DNA of 64,000 nucleotides from Pirellulales bacterium (lineage in GTDB: Bacteria > Planctomycetota > Planctomycetia > Pirellulales > PALSA-1355). Below, one piece after another: positions 24,846 through 37,564 of this stretch (the stretch's first letter is position 1; each line of letters starts with the position of its first letter). The notes under the pieces were generated by a model. The model had not been told where the DNA came from. It saw nothing but the letters and a program-made list of their open reading frames with translations, and did not search any database. The position numbers were made by a program, and so were the translations under genes. The stretch is taken from contig CAVTBU010000005.1 in NCBI GenBank assembly GCA_963733035.1, positions 832,001-896,000 of the forward strand, given 5' to 3'.

Positions 24846-26474
24846 TCACTTCTTCTCCGTCGTCTTGTCCGGTCCAAAGCGGATATGCTTGCCTGCATGA
24901 CCGGCGAACGTGTCGCCCCACAGCCCGCGAATCAGTCCATAGTCTCCGGCCACCACCAGCACCGCACCTACGGCCACGGCCACGGCGGCGTTGCGCACGA
25001 GCAGTCGCAACGGCGGCACGGAGTCGACCCCGGCCGTGCGGTTGAAGCTGGGCAGTAGGATCGCAAATAGCGTACAGACGCAGGCGTTGAGGTGGATGGT
25101 ACCTTCGGTCACGAGTCGCTGCTCGGCGAAAGGAACCGTACGCGACAGGTTCCCCAGCACGATCCACCACAGAAACACAATGAAAAACAGTTGCCCTTTG
25201 CCAAGCCGCGTGGCGGGTAGGACTGGCAGTTCGCGGCCACGGTAGTGAACGAACAACGGCAGAGCAATCGTCACGGCCAAAGCGGCATAAGCAAGGTAGA
25301 ACCAGGTGTAGCTCGAATAACCCCACATCGTATCCGCCAGCGTACGCGGATCCTTGAGCCACACGGCTTCCAGGTTTTTGACGATGTTCACGTAGCTGAT
25401 CGCCAGCAGCACGAAAAACACGCAGACCGGCTCGGCCCACCGCCGCACGGGCGGATCTTCGCTATGCCGCACCGCTCGGGTCGACCAGTATCCCAACGCC
25501 AATCCGACGCCAACACCCGCGATGAAGCCGAACGTTTGCTCAAGCACGCTGTGCCAGTTCGTGCTGATGTGTCGACCAAAGAACCTCTCCTGAAAGCCGG
25601 GATGCACAAGCACGAGTTTGATGGTCGTCGCGCCAGTGAACCCAAGACCGCCAAAAAAACCCACCACGAGCGTCGACCAAAGGACTTCCCACTCGCGGCT
25701 GCGGTAGAGGAACACGATCACGGCCGCGAGCATTCCCAAACCGCCGGACCAGTTGTCTCCGCGGGGCGGAGTCATCCGCAGACCCAGCCCGAGCGTGAGG
25801 ACGCTGAAGCCGAGCCACCATCCGGCGCACATCGCCAGCCCGAGCCGCGTGCCCCAACAAAACCGCCGTCGCACAAGCCCTAGCACCGACAGTGTCACGG
25901 CTGCCACCAGGACTCCCAACCAGTCGGTGTCGTGCCAATCCAGCCACGCCAACTGTTGCTCCATCTGTTCGGCAGTAATGCTTCCTTCTTTCACTTGCTG
26001 AGCAAGGCCCGATTCCGACACGCTGAGATAAATATCCTGTGCGAACCAGGCCGCAAACACGACCAGCGCCGGCACCAATAGTTCCGTCAATCGCGCTCGG
26101 CTCAAGAACGCCGGCAAGGATGTGCCAGTTCCGCCAAGCCCGCCCCAGATGAAACCGATCACGAACAGGCAGGCCAGGCCATAGGCCACGCTCGGGGCGT
26201 GGCCGGAATGTGTGTAGGCGATCACTTGCATGTAAGAAATCGAGCCACCGAATGACCAACCCACCGCGGCAAAGAAGGCGAAAAACGGAATTCGGCGGTA
26301 CCAGTCGTCGCGACCGCTGGCGAGCACCGCGGCCATGGCCGCCAGCGCCCCGGGAATCATCGCCCCGAATTCGTGTCCCCAGTTGCCGCGCACACCCCAG
26401 CCAATCGAAAGCGCCAAAGCCGCAAACAAAATCGCCAAGGGAGATCGCCCGGGCGCATGAGAATTGACCGACAT
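24846..26474 (-). CDS. Polytopic membrane protein of unknown function
   Basis: Many TM helices; IGWGVRGNWGHEFGAMIPG, FGGSISY, NWHSVLEQ. Confidence 0.75.
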   Translation of the reverse strand: MSVNSHAPGRSPLAILFAALALSIGWGVRGNWGHEFGAMIPGALAAMAAVLASGRDDWYRRIPFFAFFAAVGWSFGGSISYMQVIAYTHSGHAPSVAYGLACLFVIGFIWGGLGGTGTSLPAFLSRARLTELLVPALVVFAAWFAQDIYLSVSESGLAQQVKEGSITAEQMEQQLAWLDWHDTDWLGVLVAAVTLSVLGLVRRRFCWGTRLGLAMCAGWWLGFSVLTLGLGLRMTPPRGDNWSGGLGMLAAVIVFLYRSREWEVLWSTLVVGFFGGLGFTGATTIKLVLVHPGFQERFFGRHISTNWHSVLEQTFGFIAGVGVGLALGYWSTRAVRHSEDPPVRRWAEPVCVFFVLLAISYVNIVKNLEAVWLKDPRTLADTMWGYSSYTWFYLAYAALAVTIALPLFVHYRGRELPVLPATRLGKGQLFFIVFLWWIVLGNLSRTVPFAEQRLVTEGTIHLNACVCTLFAILLPSFNRTAGVDSVPPLRLLVRNAAVAVAVGAVLVVAGDYGLIRGLWGDTFAGHAGKHIRFGPDKTTEKK

Positions 26475-26530
26475 GACGAGAGACTCTCCCACGATCATGA
26501 AATAGCGAGCGGGTGCGTTCTGGCCCGAGG

Positions 26531-28049
26531 TTAGTTCAAGCCGTAGAGCGGGGCAAGCTTCTCACGCAAGTGCGCCATAAGTGGGCCGTGCGACAGCGGT
26601 TTTCCCGTGATTTCCTGCACAAGCTCGGCCGCCCTGAAACATTGCCCATGCCGGTGAATCTTCTCTCGCAGCCACTCGCGTAGTGGGGTGAATTCACCTC
26701 GTGCAAATAGCGGTTCAAACGTCCCCAAATCGTATTGGGCCTGCTCGAAAAACTGCGACGCGTACAGATTTCCGAGCGAGTACGTCGGGAAATAGCCGAC
26801 GAGGCCCGCGCTCCAATGCACGTCTTGCAGGACGCCGTCGGCGTCGCTGGGTGGTCGAATGCCGAGATACTGTTGGTATTTGTCATTCCAAGCGGCTGGT
26901 AGGTCAGCGACAGGTATGTCGTCAGCCAAGAGTGCCTGCTCGAGTTCGAAGCGAATCAGGATGTGAAGATTGTACGTTGCCTCGTCGGCCTCGACACGAA
27001 TCAGCGACGGCCGCACGTCGTTGATAGCAAAGTAGAACGCGTCCAACGAAGTTTGGCCAAGCGCCTCGGGAAATGCCCGTTGCGCATCGAGATACAGCCA
27101 GTCCCAAAATGCCCGACTGCGGCCAACGAGGTTCTCCCACAGTCGCGATTGCGATTCGTGGATGCCCAGCGACACGGCTTCGCCCGGTGGCAAACCATAC
27201 CACTGGCCGGGTAAGCCCTGGTCATAAATCCCGTGTCCCGCTTCGTGTAGCACACCAAAGAACGCACTGCTGAAGAAATGTTCGTCGTAGCGCGTGGTGA
27301 TTCGGCAATCGTTTGGTCCCAGCCCGGTGCAGAACGGGTGCGCAGTCACGTCCAATCTTCCCCGGCGAAAGTCAAACCCAATCGCCCGGGCGCCACTGGT
27401 GGCCAGTGACACCTGCGCATCAATCGGGTAACGGCGTTCCAGAATTGACACGTCCGGCCGCCGCGAACTGGCGGCGATTTCGGCAACCAACGGCACCAGC
27501 GCCTCGCGCAAATCGGCCAACACGTGCGCAACGTTCGAGGTTCGTTCACCCGGCTCGTAGTCCTCCAGCAGCGCATCGTACGCCGTTTCCTCGAACCCCA
27601 AAGCAGCCGCTTCGGCCCGTTTGAGTTCGAACGTTTTGGCCAACAGCGGCGCGAAAATGGCGAAGTCGTCTTTCGCCCGGGCTTGCTCCCAAGCGTGTTG
27701 CCCCAAGGATGCCGTCCGTGCAAGCTCCTCGACGAGCGACTGCGGCAATTTGACGCGACGGTCATACTCGCGCTTCAATTGCCTGATGGTTGTGCCGGCT
27801 TCGCTGTGCGGGTCCGCGGTGAGCGGACTGTCGGCCAAAACGCTCAACCACTCGGCAATTCTCGGGTCGGTGCGACGCTGGTGCATCAGGCCGGCCAGCA
27901 GCGTCAATTGCTCCGCACGATACTCGGTCGCATCCGGCGGAAGCATCGTGCGCTCGTCCCATTCAAGGGCGCCTTCGGCCGCGGCCAACAGGGCCGTTTC
28001 GCGCGTGCCGGCAAAGTTCGGCGTATGCGGTTTCGTATTCCGGTTTCAT
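26531..28049 (-). CDS. Carboxypeptidase, M32 (Taq) family; frameshift at about 28001
   Basis: HPF, ITTRY, HEAGH, HESQS, IRVEADE, QDVHW, YFPTYSLG. Confidence 0.92.
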
Positions 28050-28325
28050 GGAATGGAACTCACGAGAATATTGGTTGACATTGTTGGTGTACCGTCTGCA
28101 TGGTCGCTGGACAAGGCGATGCATTGCTTGAAATCGCTGCTCGGCAACACGGTTTCCGCAGGCCGCGGCTGCGCCATGGTGCTGGCCGGACCAGCGAAAT
28201 CGGTGTCCTTGGCGGGGTGGGAGTGAAACCGGTATACTTGTACGGGGGCATTGCCCGCCGGCCAAAGGGACTGCGCTTTGGGCGACGGAGCCGCCCGACG
28301 CAATGATCTCATCCCACCTAAAGAC

Positions 28326-29162
28326 ATGCCCAAGTACATTGTGCGAACTGGCGTCATGCGAGCTCTTGGCGCTTGCTCGTCGAATCGTGACGAAACGTTT
28401 CTGCGCAGCAGTCGAGTCGTGGTCCGCACGGAGCGAGGTCTTGAAGTCGGAGAAGTGCTCTGCGAGGCCAACGAAACAGCACTGGCCCAACTCGACGAGC
28501 CCGGATCGGGGCAAATTTTGCGGCTGATGGGCGCGGATGATGATCGGGAATGGTCGCGGATGCTCAATGAGGCGCGTCAGGAATTCCAAACCTGCCAGCG
28601 TCTGATCGAGCAGGAAAAGCTCGAGATGCGCCTGGTCGACGTTGAACATATCTTCGGTGGCGAGCGAATCGTGGTGTATTACCTCGCCGAAAACCGTGTC
28701 GACTTCCGTGAACTGGTACGACAATTGGCCGCGGAATTTCAGACCCGCGTCGAAATGCGTCAGATCGGCGTCCGCGACGAAGCCAAGATCCTGGCCGATT
28801 ACGGCGATTGTGGGAAACCCGTTTGCTGTAATACGCACCTTTCCGAAATGCCGCCCGTGTCGATGAAGATGGCTAAGATCCAAAAAGCCACGCTCGACCC
28901 AACCAAGATTTCCGGCCGTTGCGGACGATTGAAATGCTGCCTCAGGTACGAATACGATACGTATGACGCCCTGCAAAAGGAACTGCCGCCGCTGGGGTCC
29001 GACGTCGTGACTTCTCGAGGTCGAGCTCGCGTGCTAGCGCAGGAGATTCTGGCCAGCCAACTGCTCATCGAAACTGAAGATCACCGCCGCGTGATGATTG
29101 CCGCCGACGAAGTGCTCACAGTGCTCAAACGCGGTGGCGGCGGACGCAAGAACTCGAACTAA
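28326..29162 (+). CDS. PSP1-domain / RicT (YaaT)-like Fe-S protein
   Basis: RVDFRELVR, QIGVRDEAK, CGKPVCC, ISGRCGRLKCCLRYE. Confidence 0.9.
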   Translation: MPKYIVRTGVMRALGACSSNRDETFLRSSRVVVRTERGLEVGEVLCEANETALAQLDEPGSGQILRLMGADDDREWSRMLNEARQEFQTCQRLIEQEKLEMRLVDVEHIFGGERIVVYYLAENRVDFRELVRQLAAEFQTRVEMRQIGVRDEAKILADYGDCGKPVCCNTHLSEMPPVSMKMAKIQKATLDPTKISGRCGRLKCCLRYEYDTYDALQKELPPLGSDVVTSRGRARVLAQEILASQLLIETEDHRRVMIAADEVLTVLKRGGGGRKNSN

Positions 29163-29198
29163 CCCGCCACCGAAACGTTCCGACAGCCCCGATTCACC

Positions 29199-29630
29199 AT
29201 GCTCGACCCGTCGCACCCGATCGCCAAACTGCTCAAAGAAGACCGCCGTTACAAAATCGACGCTTACGCGTTCGTTTTCGAGGCACTCAACTACGCTCAC
29301 ACGCAACTCGGCATGGGCACGGAGCACGCGGCTGAAAGTGAAGAGGAGCCCGAGGAAGGCTCGCAGCGCGAAAGCGAACGGCACTTGACCGGTCAGCAAC
29401 TTTGCGAAGCGATTCGTCAGTATGCCTTGGAACAATACGGCTATATGGCAAAGTGCGTGTTAAACAGCTGGGGCGTACAGAGGACCGGCGACTTCGGCGA
29501 GATCGTCTTTAATCTGATTGGCATCGGGCAGATGCGCAAGACGCCGGACGATCGTCGCGAGGACTTTGACGATATCTTTGACTTCGAAACTGGAATGCAG
29601 CAGAGCTTCAAGATTACTCGTCCCGAGTAG
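29199..29630 (+). CDS. Verrucomicrobia/Planctomycetes-restricted conserved protein (Minf_1886 family)
   Basis: DRRY..DAYAFV.EAL, RHLTGQQLCE, WGV..T.DFGEIVFNLI, D..EDF. Confidence 0.85.
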   Translation: MLDPSHPIAKLLKEDRRYKIDAYAFVFEALNYAHTQLGMGTEHAAESEEEPEEGSQRESERHLTGQQLCEAIRQYALEQYGYMAKCVLNSWGVQRTGDFGEIVFNLIGIGQMRKTPDDRREDFDDIFDFETGMQQSFKITRPE

Positions 29631-29663
29631 CGCCACCAACCTCGACGGATCGCCAGGCCCGAC

Positions 29664-29837
29664 ATGTCGCGCGCGGAAAAAGAAAAAGCTCGCCCCAACG
29701 AAGTGGCGTCGGCGGACCCCGATGGTTACTTGCCACCGACGGCGCTCCCGCGTAAGCATCCTCTGTTGTTGGCGATTGCCGTGACGCTCTTTGTCGGCTG
29801 GATCGTTTTTTTGATCGTTTTGGCGATCCGCGGTTGA
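29664..29837 (+). CDS. Small 57-aa protein with a C-terminal TM helix (below the ORF-track cutoff)
   Basis: MSRAEKEKARPNEVASADPDGYLPPTALPRKHPLLLAIAVTLFVGWIVFLIVLAIRG*, 33 bp after the preceding gene. Confidence 0.6.
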   Translation: MSRAEKEKARPNEVASADPDGYLPPTALPRKHPLLLAIAVTLFVGWIVFLIVLAIRG

Positions 29838-30139
29838 GATTCGAGTCGCGGCAGAAAAGCCTCGCAGCCATCGAGTTGCTGAACGAATCGCCGCGTGCGG
29901 CCAAAAAATCGCCAGGAAACACCGCGTGGCGAATGCAAGGGTCCTGCCGGTATTGCTGCCGTGTCGACCATCGGCGCCGGATTGCAAAGTAAGGTACGAC
30001 ATGGCGCGTCTTTTGCAGCTCTACAGAGATCTTTGCGTATCGACGTAAACTTGTCCATGCTTTCGGCTTTTGCGACAATTCGAGTATCGGCCCGAGAGCC
30101 CGTCTCGACCGGTGAAGACTTCTTTGGAGATTCTGATAC

Positions 30140-31249
30140 ATGAAACGCGCAGGTTGGATCCCGGTCGTCGCTGGATTCCTTATCACGAGTTGGTTCCTGG
30201 TCGGCACTGCCGTGCGAGCGGACGATGCCAAATCCTTCGAGCAAACTGTGGCCAAGGCCGCGGCCTTTTGCCAGAAGAGCCAGGCCGCCGATGGCTCCTA
30301 CAGCGGCGACTCGGGCCCGGCGATAACGGCGGTCGTCACGGCTGGACTGCTGCGTAACGGCCGCACGGCCGACGATCCGCTTGTGGCCAAGAGTCTCAAG
30401 TACTTGGAAGGCTTCGTTCATCCCGATGGAGGCATCTACGCCGAGGGTTCGACGCATCGCAACTACGAAACTTGCATCGCCCTGCAGTGTTTTGTCGAGG
30501 CCAACCGCGATAAGCGCTATGATGACTTGATCAAGAACGCGGAGCGGTTTGTGCGCGGCATCCAGTGGGATAGCGAAGATGGCATCGACAAATCAAGCCC
30601 CAATTTTGGCGGAGCGGGATACGGCGGCAAGCGGCGACCGGACCTGTCGAATACTTCCTTCTTGATGGACGCGTTGAAATCCGTCGGTGCCGGACCGGAT
30701 GACGAGGCCGTACAAAAGGCACTGGTCTTCGTTTCCCGCTGCCAGAACCTTGAAAGCGAGTACAATACGACGCCCTTCGCCGCGAAAGTCAACGACGGTG
30801 GATTCTACTACACGCCAGCAGCCGGGGGTGCGAGCATGGCGGGCGAGGCCCCCGGCGGTGGACTGCGCAGCTACGCCTCGATGACCTACGCCGGTCTCAA
30901 GAGCCTGATCTACGCTGGCCTGACGAGCGACGACCCACGCGTAAAGGCCGCTACCAAATGGATTCAGGAACACTACACACTCGATGAAAACCCCGGGATG
31001 GGCGCCGCCGGTTTGTACTACTACTATCAAGCATATGCCCGAGCGCTGGCCGCCATGGGCATTGATAAATTCAAGGATGCGAGCGGCAAGGAGCACGACT
31101 GGCGGTCCGAGTTGATCGCGGCGATCGCCTCGCGTCAACAAGCCGACGGCTCGTGGGTCAACGAGAACAGTCGCTGGTTGGAAGGGAATCCGAACCTTGT
31201 GACGGGATACTCGCTGCTGGCCCTGAGCTACGCCAAACCGACCAACTAG
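30140..31249 (+). CDS. Secreted prenyltransferase/squalene-oxidase-repeat (alpha/alpha barrel) protein
   Basis: Signal peptide; Q..DGS(W/Y) repeats; PDLSNT instead of the DxDD cyclase motif. Confidence 0.85.
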   Translation: MKRAGWIPVVAGFLITSWFLVGTAVRADDAKSFEQTVAKAAAFCQKSQAADGSYSGDSGPAITAVVTAGLLRNGRTADDPLVAKSLKYLEGFVHPDGGIYAEGSTHRNYETCIALQCFVEANRDKRYDDLIKNAERFVRGIQWDSEDGIDKSSPNFGGAGYGGKRRPDLSNTSFLMDALKSVGAGPDDEAVQKALVFVSRCQNLESEYNTTPFAAKVNDGGFYYTPAAGGASMAGEAPGGGLRSYASMTYAGLKSLIYAGLTSDDPRVKAATKWIQEHYTLDENPGMGAAGLYYYYQAYARALAAMGIDKFKDASGKEHDWRSELIAAIASRQQADGSWVNENSRWLEGNPNLVTGYSLLALSYAKPTN

Positions 31250-31288
31250 GACTGCCATTTCATCCGGCGAATAAGCCGGAAATACATC

Positions 31289-31843
31289 GTGCCAAAAGCC
31301 GTTCGCAAAACCACCCAGCCGCGTCTGCTCGGACGCGGCTTTTTCGCGCGCCCGGCACTCGTCGTTGCCAAGGAACTGCTCGGCAAATGCCTGGTGCGCC
31401 GAATAGGCGATGCGCAAATCGAGGCGGTGATCAACGAAACCGAGGCCTATATCGGCCCGCATGATCTCGCCTGCCACGGCAGCAAGGGGCGCACTGCGCG
31501 GACCGACGTGATGTTCGGCCCGGCGGGACATTGGTATGTGTATTTCATTTATGGCATACACTGGATGCTCAACGCAGTTACCGACGACATCGACCACCCA
31601 GCCGCCGTGCTCATTCGAGGCGCCGGTCAATGGGACGGCCCGGCCAAGCTCACCAAGGCGATGTCGATTGATAAGCGATTCAACGCCCTGCCCATCGATA
31701 CTTCCGCCGACCTGTGGATCGAAGACCAAGATATCGTCATCCCCAGCCGCAAAATCCGCCGCACGCCGCGGATTGGAGTAGACTACGCCGGAAAATGGGC
31801 GGCGAAGCCGTACCGGTTTGTGGTGGAACAGCGAAACGACTGA
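31289..31843 (+). CDS. mpg: DNA-3-methyladenine glycosylase (MPG/AAG family)
   Basis: ETEAYIG, YVYFIYGIH, AVLIR, GPAKL, TPRIG. Confidence 0.92.
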   Translation: MPKAVRKTTQPRLLGRGFFARPALVVAKELLGKCLVRRIGDAQIEAVINETEAYIGPHDLACHGSKGRTARTDVMFGPAGHWYVYFIYGIHWMLNAVTDDIDHPAAVLIRGAGQWDGPAKLTKAMSIDKRFNALPIDTSADLWIEDQDIVIPSRKIRRTPRIGVDYAGKWAAKPYRFVVEQRND

Positions 31844-31874
31844 CCCAGCCGAGGCAAGACAGAATCTCACCCAC

Positions 31875-32528
31875 ATGCGTGACCTCTGGCGTCCTTTGAT
31901 CATCGTTTGCCTGGCCCTGCTGGTGCCGGTGTTGCCGTTTCTTAGTTTTGGCGGTTGGCTGGAAGGTCGGGTTGCGCAATGGCTTGATCCGCCGCCACCA
32001 CCGTTGGCTGTTGCAATTGGCACAATCGCAATCCTTGCGACGGACATTTTGCTACCGGTTCCTTCCAGCGTCGTGAGTACCGTGGCGGGAGCTCAACTTG
32101 GAATCGTTGGCGCGACCGTCGCCTCGTGGCTCGGCATGACCATCGGCGCAACGATCGGGTTTTGGTTGGCCCATATGTTTGGGCGCCCGCTTGCCGTCCG
32201 TTTTTCGTCGCACGACGACCTGGACCGGATGGATTCGCTCGCCAGGAGGTACGGCCCGTGGATTCTCATTGCCACCAGGGCATTGCCCGTGCTGGCCGAG
32301 GCGGCGGTGCTGTTTCTCGGTACGACGCAGCTGGCATGGCGGCGGTTTCTTCCGGCAATTGCATTGAGCAACCTGGGAATTGCCGCGGTGTATGCCGTGC
32401 TGGGCCACTACGCCCGCTCGCAGGGTGAATTGCCGCTGGCGCTGGCCGCTTCGATTGCACTTCCGGTGGTGGCGGCGACAATGGCACGGTGGCTGTTGCC
32501 TCACCCATCGTCCTCCCCGCAAGCGTAG
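31875..32528 (+). CDS. DedA/VTT (SNARE-associated) membrane protein
   Basis: [15 protein letters not shown]...[11 protein letters not shown]. Confidence 0.82.
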   Translation: MRDLWRPLIIVCLALLVPVLPFLSFGGWLEGRVAQWLDPPPPPLAVAIGTIAILATDILLPVPSSVVSTVAGAQLGIVGATVASWLGMTIGATIGFWLAHMFGRPLAVRFSSHDDLDRMDSLARRYGPWILIATRALPVLAEAAVLFLGTTQLAWRRFLPAIALSNLGIAAVYAVLGHYARSQGELPLALAASIALPVVAATMARWLLPHPSSSPQA

Positions 32529-32536
32529 TGACTTCC

Positions 32537-34549
32537 ATGAATCCAACGCGTTCGACCGGCGACGCAGGCACCGTACTCGAGTCCGACGATCCACGAATCT
32601 ATGACGTCATCACGACCGCGCTGGGCCCGCAGGGCTCGTTGCCTCTCGACGCAGAGATGCTTCGCAATTGGCCGAGCGGCGATCTGTTCGGCCTGTCGCA
32701 GAACGCTGGCATGGGATGGGATCCGGCCGCGATGATCGGCCCACAATTCCTGTTGCTCAGTACGCAAGGGGGCATCCGAGCGGACGACGGAAGGCCAATC
32801 GCGCTGGGCTATCACACCGGCCATTGGGAAGTCGGGCTGCTGGTGGCCGAGGCCGCTAAGACGCTGAAGGCGGCCGGCGCGGTCCCCTTTGCGGCGTATT
32901 GCTCCGATCCGTGCGACGGCCGCACTCAAGGCACCGTCGGAATGTTCGACAGCCTGCCCTACCGAAACGACGCGGCGATTGTGTTCCGCCGATTGATCCG
33001 GTCGTTGCCTCGCCGGCGCGGCGTGCTGGGAGTGGCCACTTGCGACAAAGGCTTGCCCGCCATGATGTTGGCCTTGGCCGGGACGCCGGATTTGCCCTGC
33101 GTGCTGGTTCCTGGCGGCGTCACGTTGCCTCCGAGCGCGGGCGAAGACGCAGGCAAGGTCCAGTCGATTGGCGCCCGCTATGCCCACGGTGAAATAACCC
33201 TCGAAGAAGCGGCGGCGGCCGGCTGTAGCGCATGCGCTTCGCCGGGTGGAGGCTGCCAGTTCCTGGGCACCGCTGCGACCGCCCAGGTCGTTGGAGAGGC
33301 ACTCGGTCTCACATTGCCCCATGCTGCCCTCGCGCCGAGCGGCCAGCCCATCTGGCTCGACATGGCCCGCCGCAGTGCCACCGCTTTACTCGATCTAGAT
33401 AAACGTCAGATCAAGACCTCGGAAATTCTCACGGACGAAGCGGTCCACAACGCGATGGTCGTCCATGCCGCATTCGGCGGATCGACAAACCTGTTACTAC
33501 ACCTCCCGGCGATTGCGCACCAAGCCGGATTGCGGCGTCCAACGGTCGAGGACTGGGAACGTGTGAATGCCCAGGTGCCCCGATTCGTGGACGCCCTACC
33601 GAACGGTCCGGTCGGGCATCCCACAGTTCGCGTGTTCCTGGCCGGGGGCGTACCGGAAGTCATGCTGCATCTGCGACGCTTGGGCCTGCTTAACCTGGAC
33701 GTGTTGACGGCGAGCGGTTGTCGTCTCGGCGACGTGCTCGACTGGTGGGAACGCTCAATGCGGCGTGCGACGCTTCGCGAAGTGCTTCGAATTCGCGACA
33801 GCGTCGACCCGGACGACGTAATTTTGCCTCCGGAGCGAGCGAAGCAGCGCGGCCTGACGGCGACGGTTTGTTTCCCACGCGGGAACTTGGCTCCCGAAGG
33901 CTCCGTCATAAAGAGCACCGCAATTGATCCCCGCGTGGTCGACGCCGACGGCGTCTATCGCAAAACTGGCACGGCCCGAGTGTTCACCCGCGAACGCGAC
34001 GCGATCGCGGCCATCAAGGGCCAGGGCGACAAACAAATCTCCCCGGGAGACGTTATCGTGCTCGTCGCCCGAGGACCGATGGGCTCCGGAATGGAGGAGA
34101 CCTACCAGGTCACTTCCGCGCTTAAGTATCTCGAATGGGGACGCGAGGTGGCCGTCGTGACCGACGCGCGATTTTCCGGCGTTAGCACCGGCGCGTGCAT
34201 TGGCCACGTAGGACCCGAGGCGTTGGCCGGAGGTCCGATTGGCAAGGTGCGGGAAGGCGATCGCATCCAAATTGTAATCGACCGCAACCGACTCACGGGA
34301 AGCATCGACCTGGTGGGCGATGCCCTGCGAGAAGTTGGCGTTGAGGAAGGAACTCGCATCCTCGCCGCCCGAGCGCCTCGAGATGACTTGCATCCGGATG
34401 AACGGTTGCCGGACGACACGCGCCTGTGGGCGGCCTTGCAGCGAGCCAGCGGCGGAACATGGGCCGGGTGCGTGTACGACGTCGCGCGCATCGAGCAGGT
34501 GCTGGCAGCGGGTGAGCGGACGCTACGGGAGCGAGGGGACGCGAGCTAA
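32537..34549 (+). CDS. YjhG/YagF family D-xylonate dehydratase (IlvD/Edd superfamily)
   Basis: [45 protein letters not shown]. Confidence 0.92.
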   Translation: MNPTRSTGDAGTVLESDDPRIYDVITTALGPQGSLPLDAEMLRNWPSGDLFGLSQNAGMGWDPAAMIGPQFLLLSTQGGIRADDGRPIALGYHTGHWEVGLLVAEAAKTLKAAGAVPFAAYCSDPCDGRTQGTVGMFDSLPYRNDAAIVFRRLIRSLPRRRGVLGVATCDKGLPAMMLALAGTPDLPCVLVPGGVTLPPSAGEDAGKVQSIGARYAHGEITLEEAAAAGCSACASPGGGCQFLGTAATAQVVGEALGLTLPHAALAPSGQPIWLDMARRSATALLDLDKRQIKTSEILTDEAVHNAMVVHAAFGGSTNLLLHLPAIAHQAGLRRPTVEDWERVNAQVPRFVDALPNGPVGHPTVRVFLAGGVPEVMLHLRRLGLLNLDVLTASGCRLGDVLDWWERSMRRATLREVLRIRDSVDPDDVILPPERAKQRGLTATVCFPRGNLAPEGSVIKSTAIDPRVVDADGVYRKTGTARVFTRERDAIAAIKGQGDKQISPGDVIVLVARGPMGSGMEETYQVTSALKYLEWGREVAVVTDARFSGVSTGACIGHVGPEALAGGPIGKVREGDRIQIVIDRNRLTGSIDLVGDALREVGVEEGTRILAARAPRDDLHPDERLPDDTRLWAALQRASGGTWAGCVYDVARIEQVLAAGERTLRERGDAS

Positions 34550-34612
34550 GTCCATTCGCCTACGGAATGGACGGCCGCGCCAAGCGACGCGCGATCGAAC
34601 AAGCCAATCGAG

Positions 34613-34861
34613 CTACTCTTCATCGTGCTCGGCGCGTTCGATTTGCTTGTCGTCGTATTCGTCGATGATTTTACGCGCGCGTTCTTCGTCCTGAACGCTG
34701 ACTAGCACGTCGGGGGCGGCGATCGACAAGCCGGCGAGCGGTTCGTTCTCTTCCGAAACAAAGGCTTCGATGCCCTCATCGAGCAGCAAGTTCATGACCA
34801 GATGAGCCTCGGTGACATTGGCCCCCTGATAGACGGAGACGAGATCCTTGGGATCGCTCAA
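34613..34861 (-). CDS. DUF2007 / putative signal-transducing small protein
   Basis: TTG start after GGAG; VY...N..EAHLV.NLL.DEGI.A...VLV...D.ERA..II. Confidence 0.75.
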   Translation of the reverse strand: MSDPKDLVSVYQGANVTEAHLVMNLLLDEGIEAFVSEENEPLAGLSIAAPDVLVSVQDEERARKIIDEYDDKQIERAEHDEE

Positions 34862-35099
34862 GGGTATGCTCCTGCGAAAGTTACGAGGTTTCCTTGATGG
34901 ACGGCGCCACGGGTAAGCGGCCCGCACGTAGATTATACCCCTCGCGGCGCTGGGCGGAGGGGGACTGTCAAAGTGGCAGTTGAATCGGCCCCGTGAGCCA
35001 TGATTACGGCGCTCTTGGCACATTGTGGATGGCTGGGTCGGCCGCCACGAATCCACGCAACCCATTTCTACTGAATGAGTTCCAATTCCTTTTCTCTTT

Positions 35100-35116
35100 C
35101 CGGCGCGGCACTTGCA
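35100..35116 (+). promoter_or_regulatory. Putative sigma54 (-24/-12) promoter of groES-groEL
   Basis: CCGGCGCGGCACTTGCA versus consensus YTGGCACG-N4-TTGCW, with correct GG-N10-GC spacing. Confidence 0.5.
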
Positions 35117-35243
35117 TTTCACGCCGCAAGCCGAGCACCCCGCGCGCCTAGATTGGCAGTTTGCCCGGGCATGCCGCATGGGTGCGGCGTCCAGATTCGG
35201 ACCCTACACAGCAGAACGATCGACTTGCGGAGGTCAACCACTA

Positions 35244-35570
35244 ATGTCGACAGCGACCAAGGTCAAGAAGAAAAGCAACACCATCAAGATTCAGCCCCTG
35301 GGCGACCGCGTGGTCGTCAAACGCGAAGAATCCGAAGAGAAGACGGCCGGGGGCATCGTGCTGCCCGATTCGGCCAAAGATAAGCCGTCGCGTGGCAAAG
35401 TCACGGCAATCGGCGACGGCCGGCTGCTGGACGATGGCTCGCGCAGCAAGCTGCAAGTCAAGGTGGGCGACAACGTGCTCTTCACGAGTTACGCCCCCGA
35501 AGTCATCAAGATCGAGGATGAGGAACTGCTGTTGATGCGCGAGGAAGACATCCTGGCCGTCATCGAGTAA
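35244..35570 (+). CDS. groES: Co-chaperonin GroES
   Basis: [34 protein letters not shown]. Confidence 0.97.
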   Translation: MSTATKVKKKSNTIKIQPLGDRVVVKREESEEKTAGGIVLPDSAKDKPSRGKVTAIGDGRLLDDGSRSKLQVKVGDNVLFTSYAPEVIKIEDEELLLMREEDILAVIE

Positions 35571-35630
35571 CTCACGTACCCGCACACCCCAGACTCGTTG
35601 CTCGCCCCATGAGTGTGCGAGCGAATTTGA

Positions 35631-37271
<1,641 letters not shown>

Positions 37272-37356
37272 TCGGCCAACCCGAAGGACCGCTCGGAAGA
37301 CGGATGTGGTTTTACCGAGCGGGCATCGCGGGCCAGCTACCGATTTTCTCACTCAG

Positions 37357-37390
37357 AGCCCGCCGAAACTTGGTTTCGGCGGGCTTTTTT
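37357..37390 (+). terminator. Intrinsic terminator of groESL
   Basis: AGCCCGCCGAAAC-TTG-GTTTCGGCGGGCT followed by a T run. Confidence 0.9.
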
Positions 37391-37564
37391 ACCTTTCCGT
37401 GACGCGGTAGAGCTTCTATGTGGCCGTCTGATTTCTGTCACCGCAGGACGAAAAACCTTGGCAATTTCCCGGTTTACGGATTATTCTGTAGGAACCCCCG
37501 TCAAAGCGCATCTCACGCGCCGGGAAACGGAACAGAACATGCGGATTCGCTGGAGGACCTGATT

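Noticed and set aside
30140..31249. Squalene-hopene cyclase / hopanoid synthesis
   Set aside because: It is a single secreted barrel without the DxDD motif and about half the length of a true cyclase.
30593..32047. 484-aa antisense ORF (and similar ones at 18095-19084, 27963-28976, 35241-36080, 41577-42581)
   Set aside because: These are shadow ORFs opposite well-supported genes in GC-rich DNA. Only the last codons of 27963-28976 are real (the carboxypeptidase N-terminus).
34970..35180. CIRCE operator upstream of groES
   Set aside because: Only TGGCA half-site-like words occur. There is no TTAGCACTC-N9-GAGTGCTAA inverted repeat.
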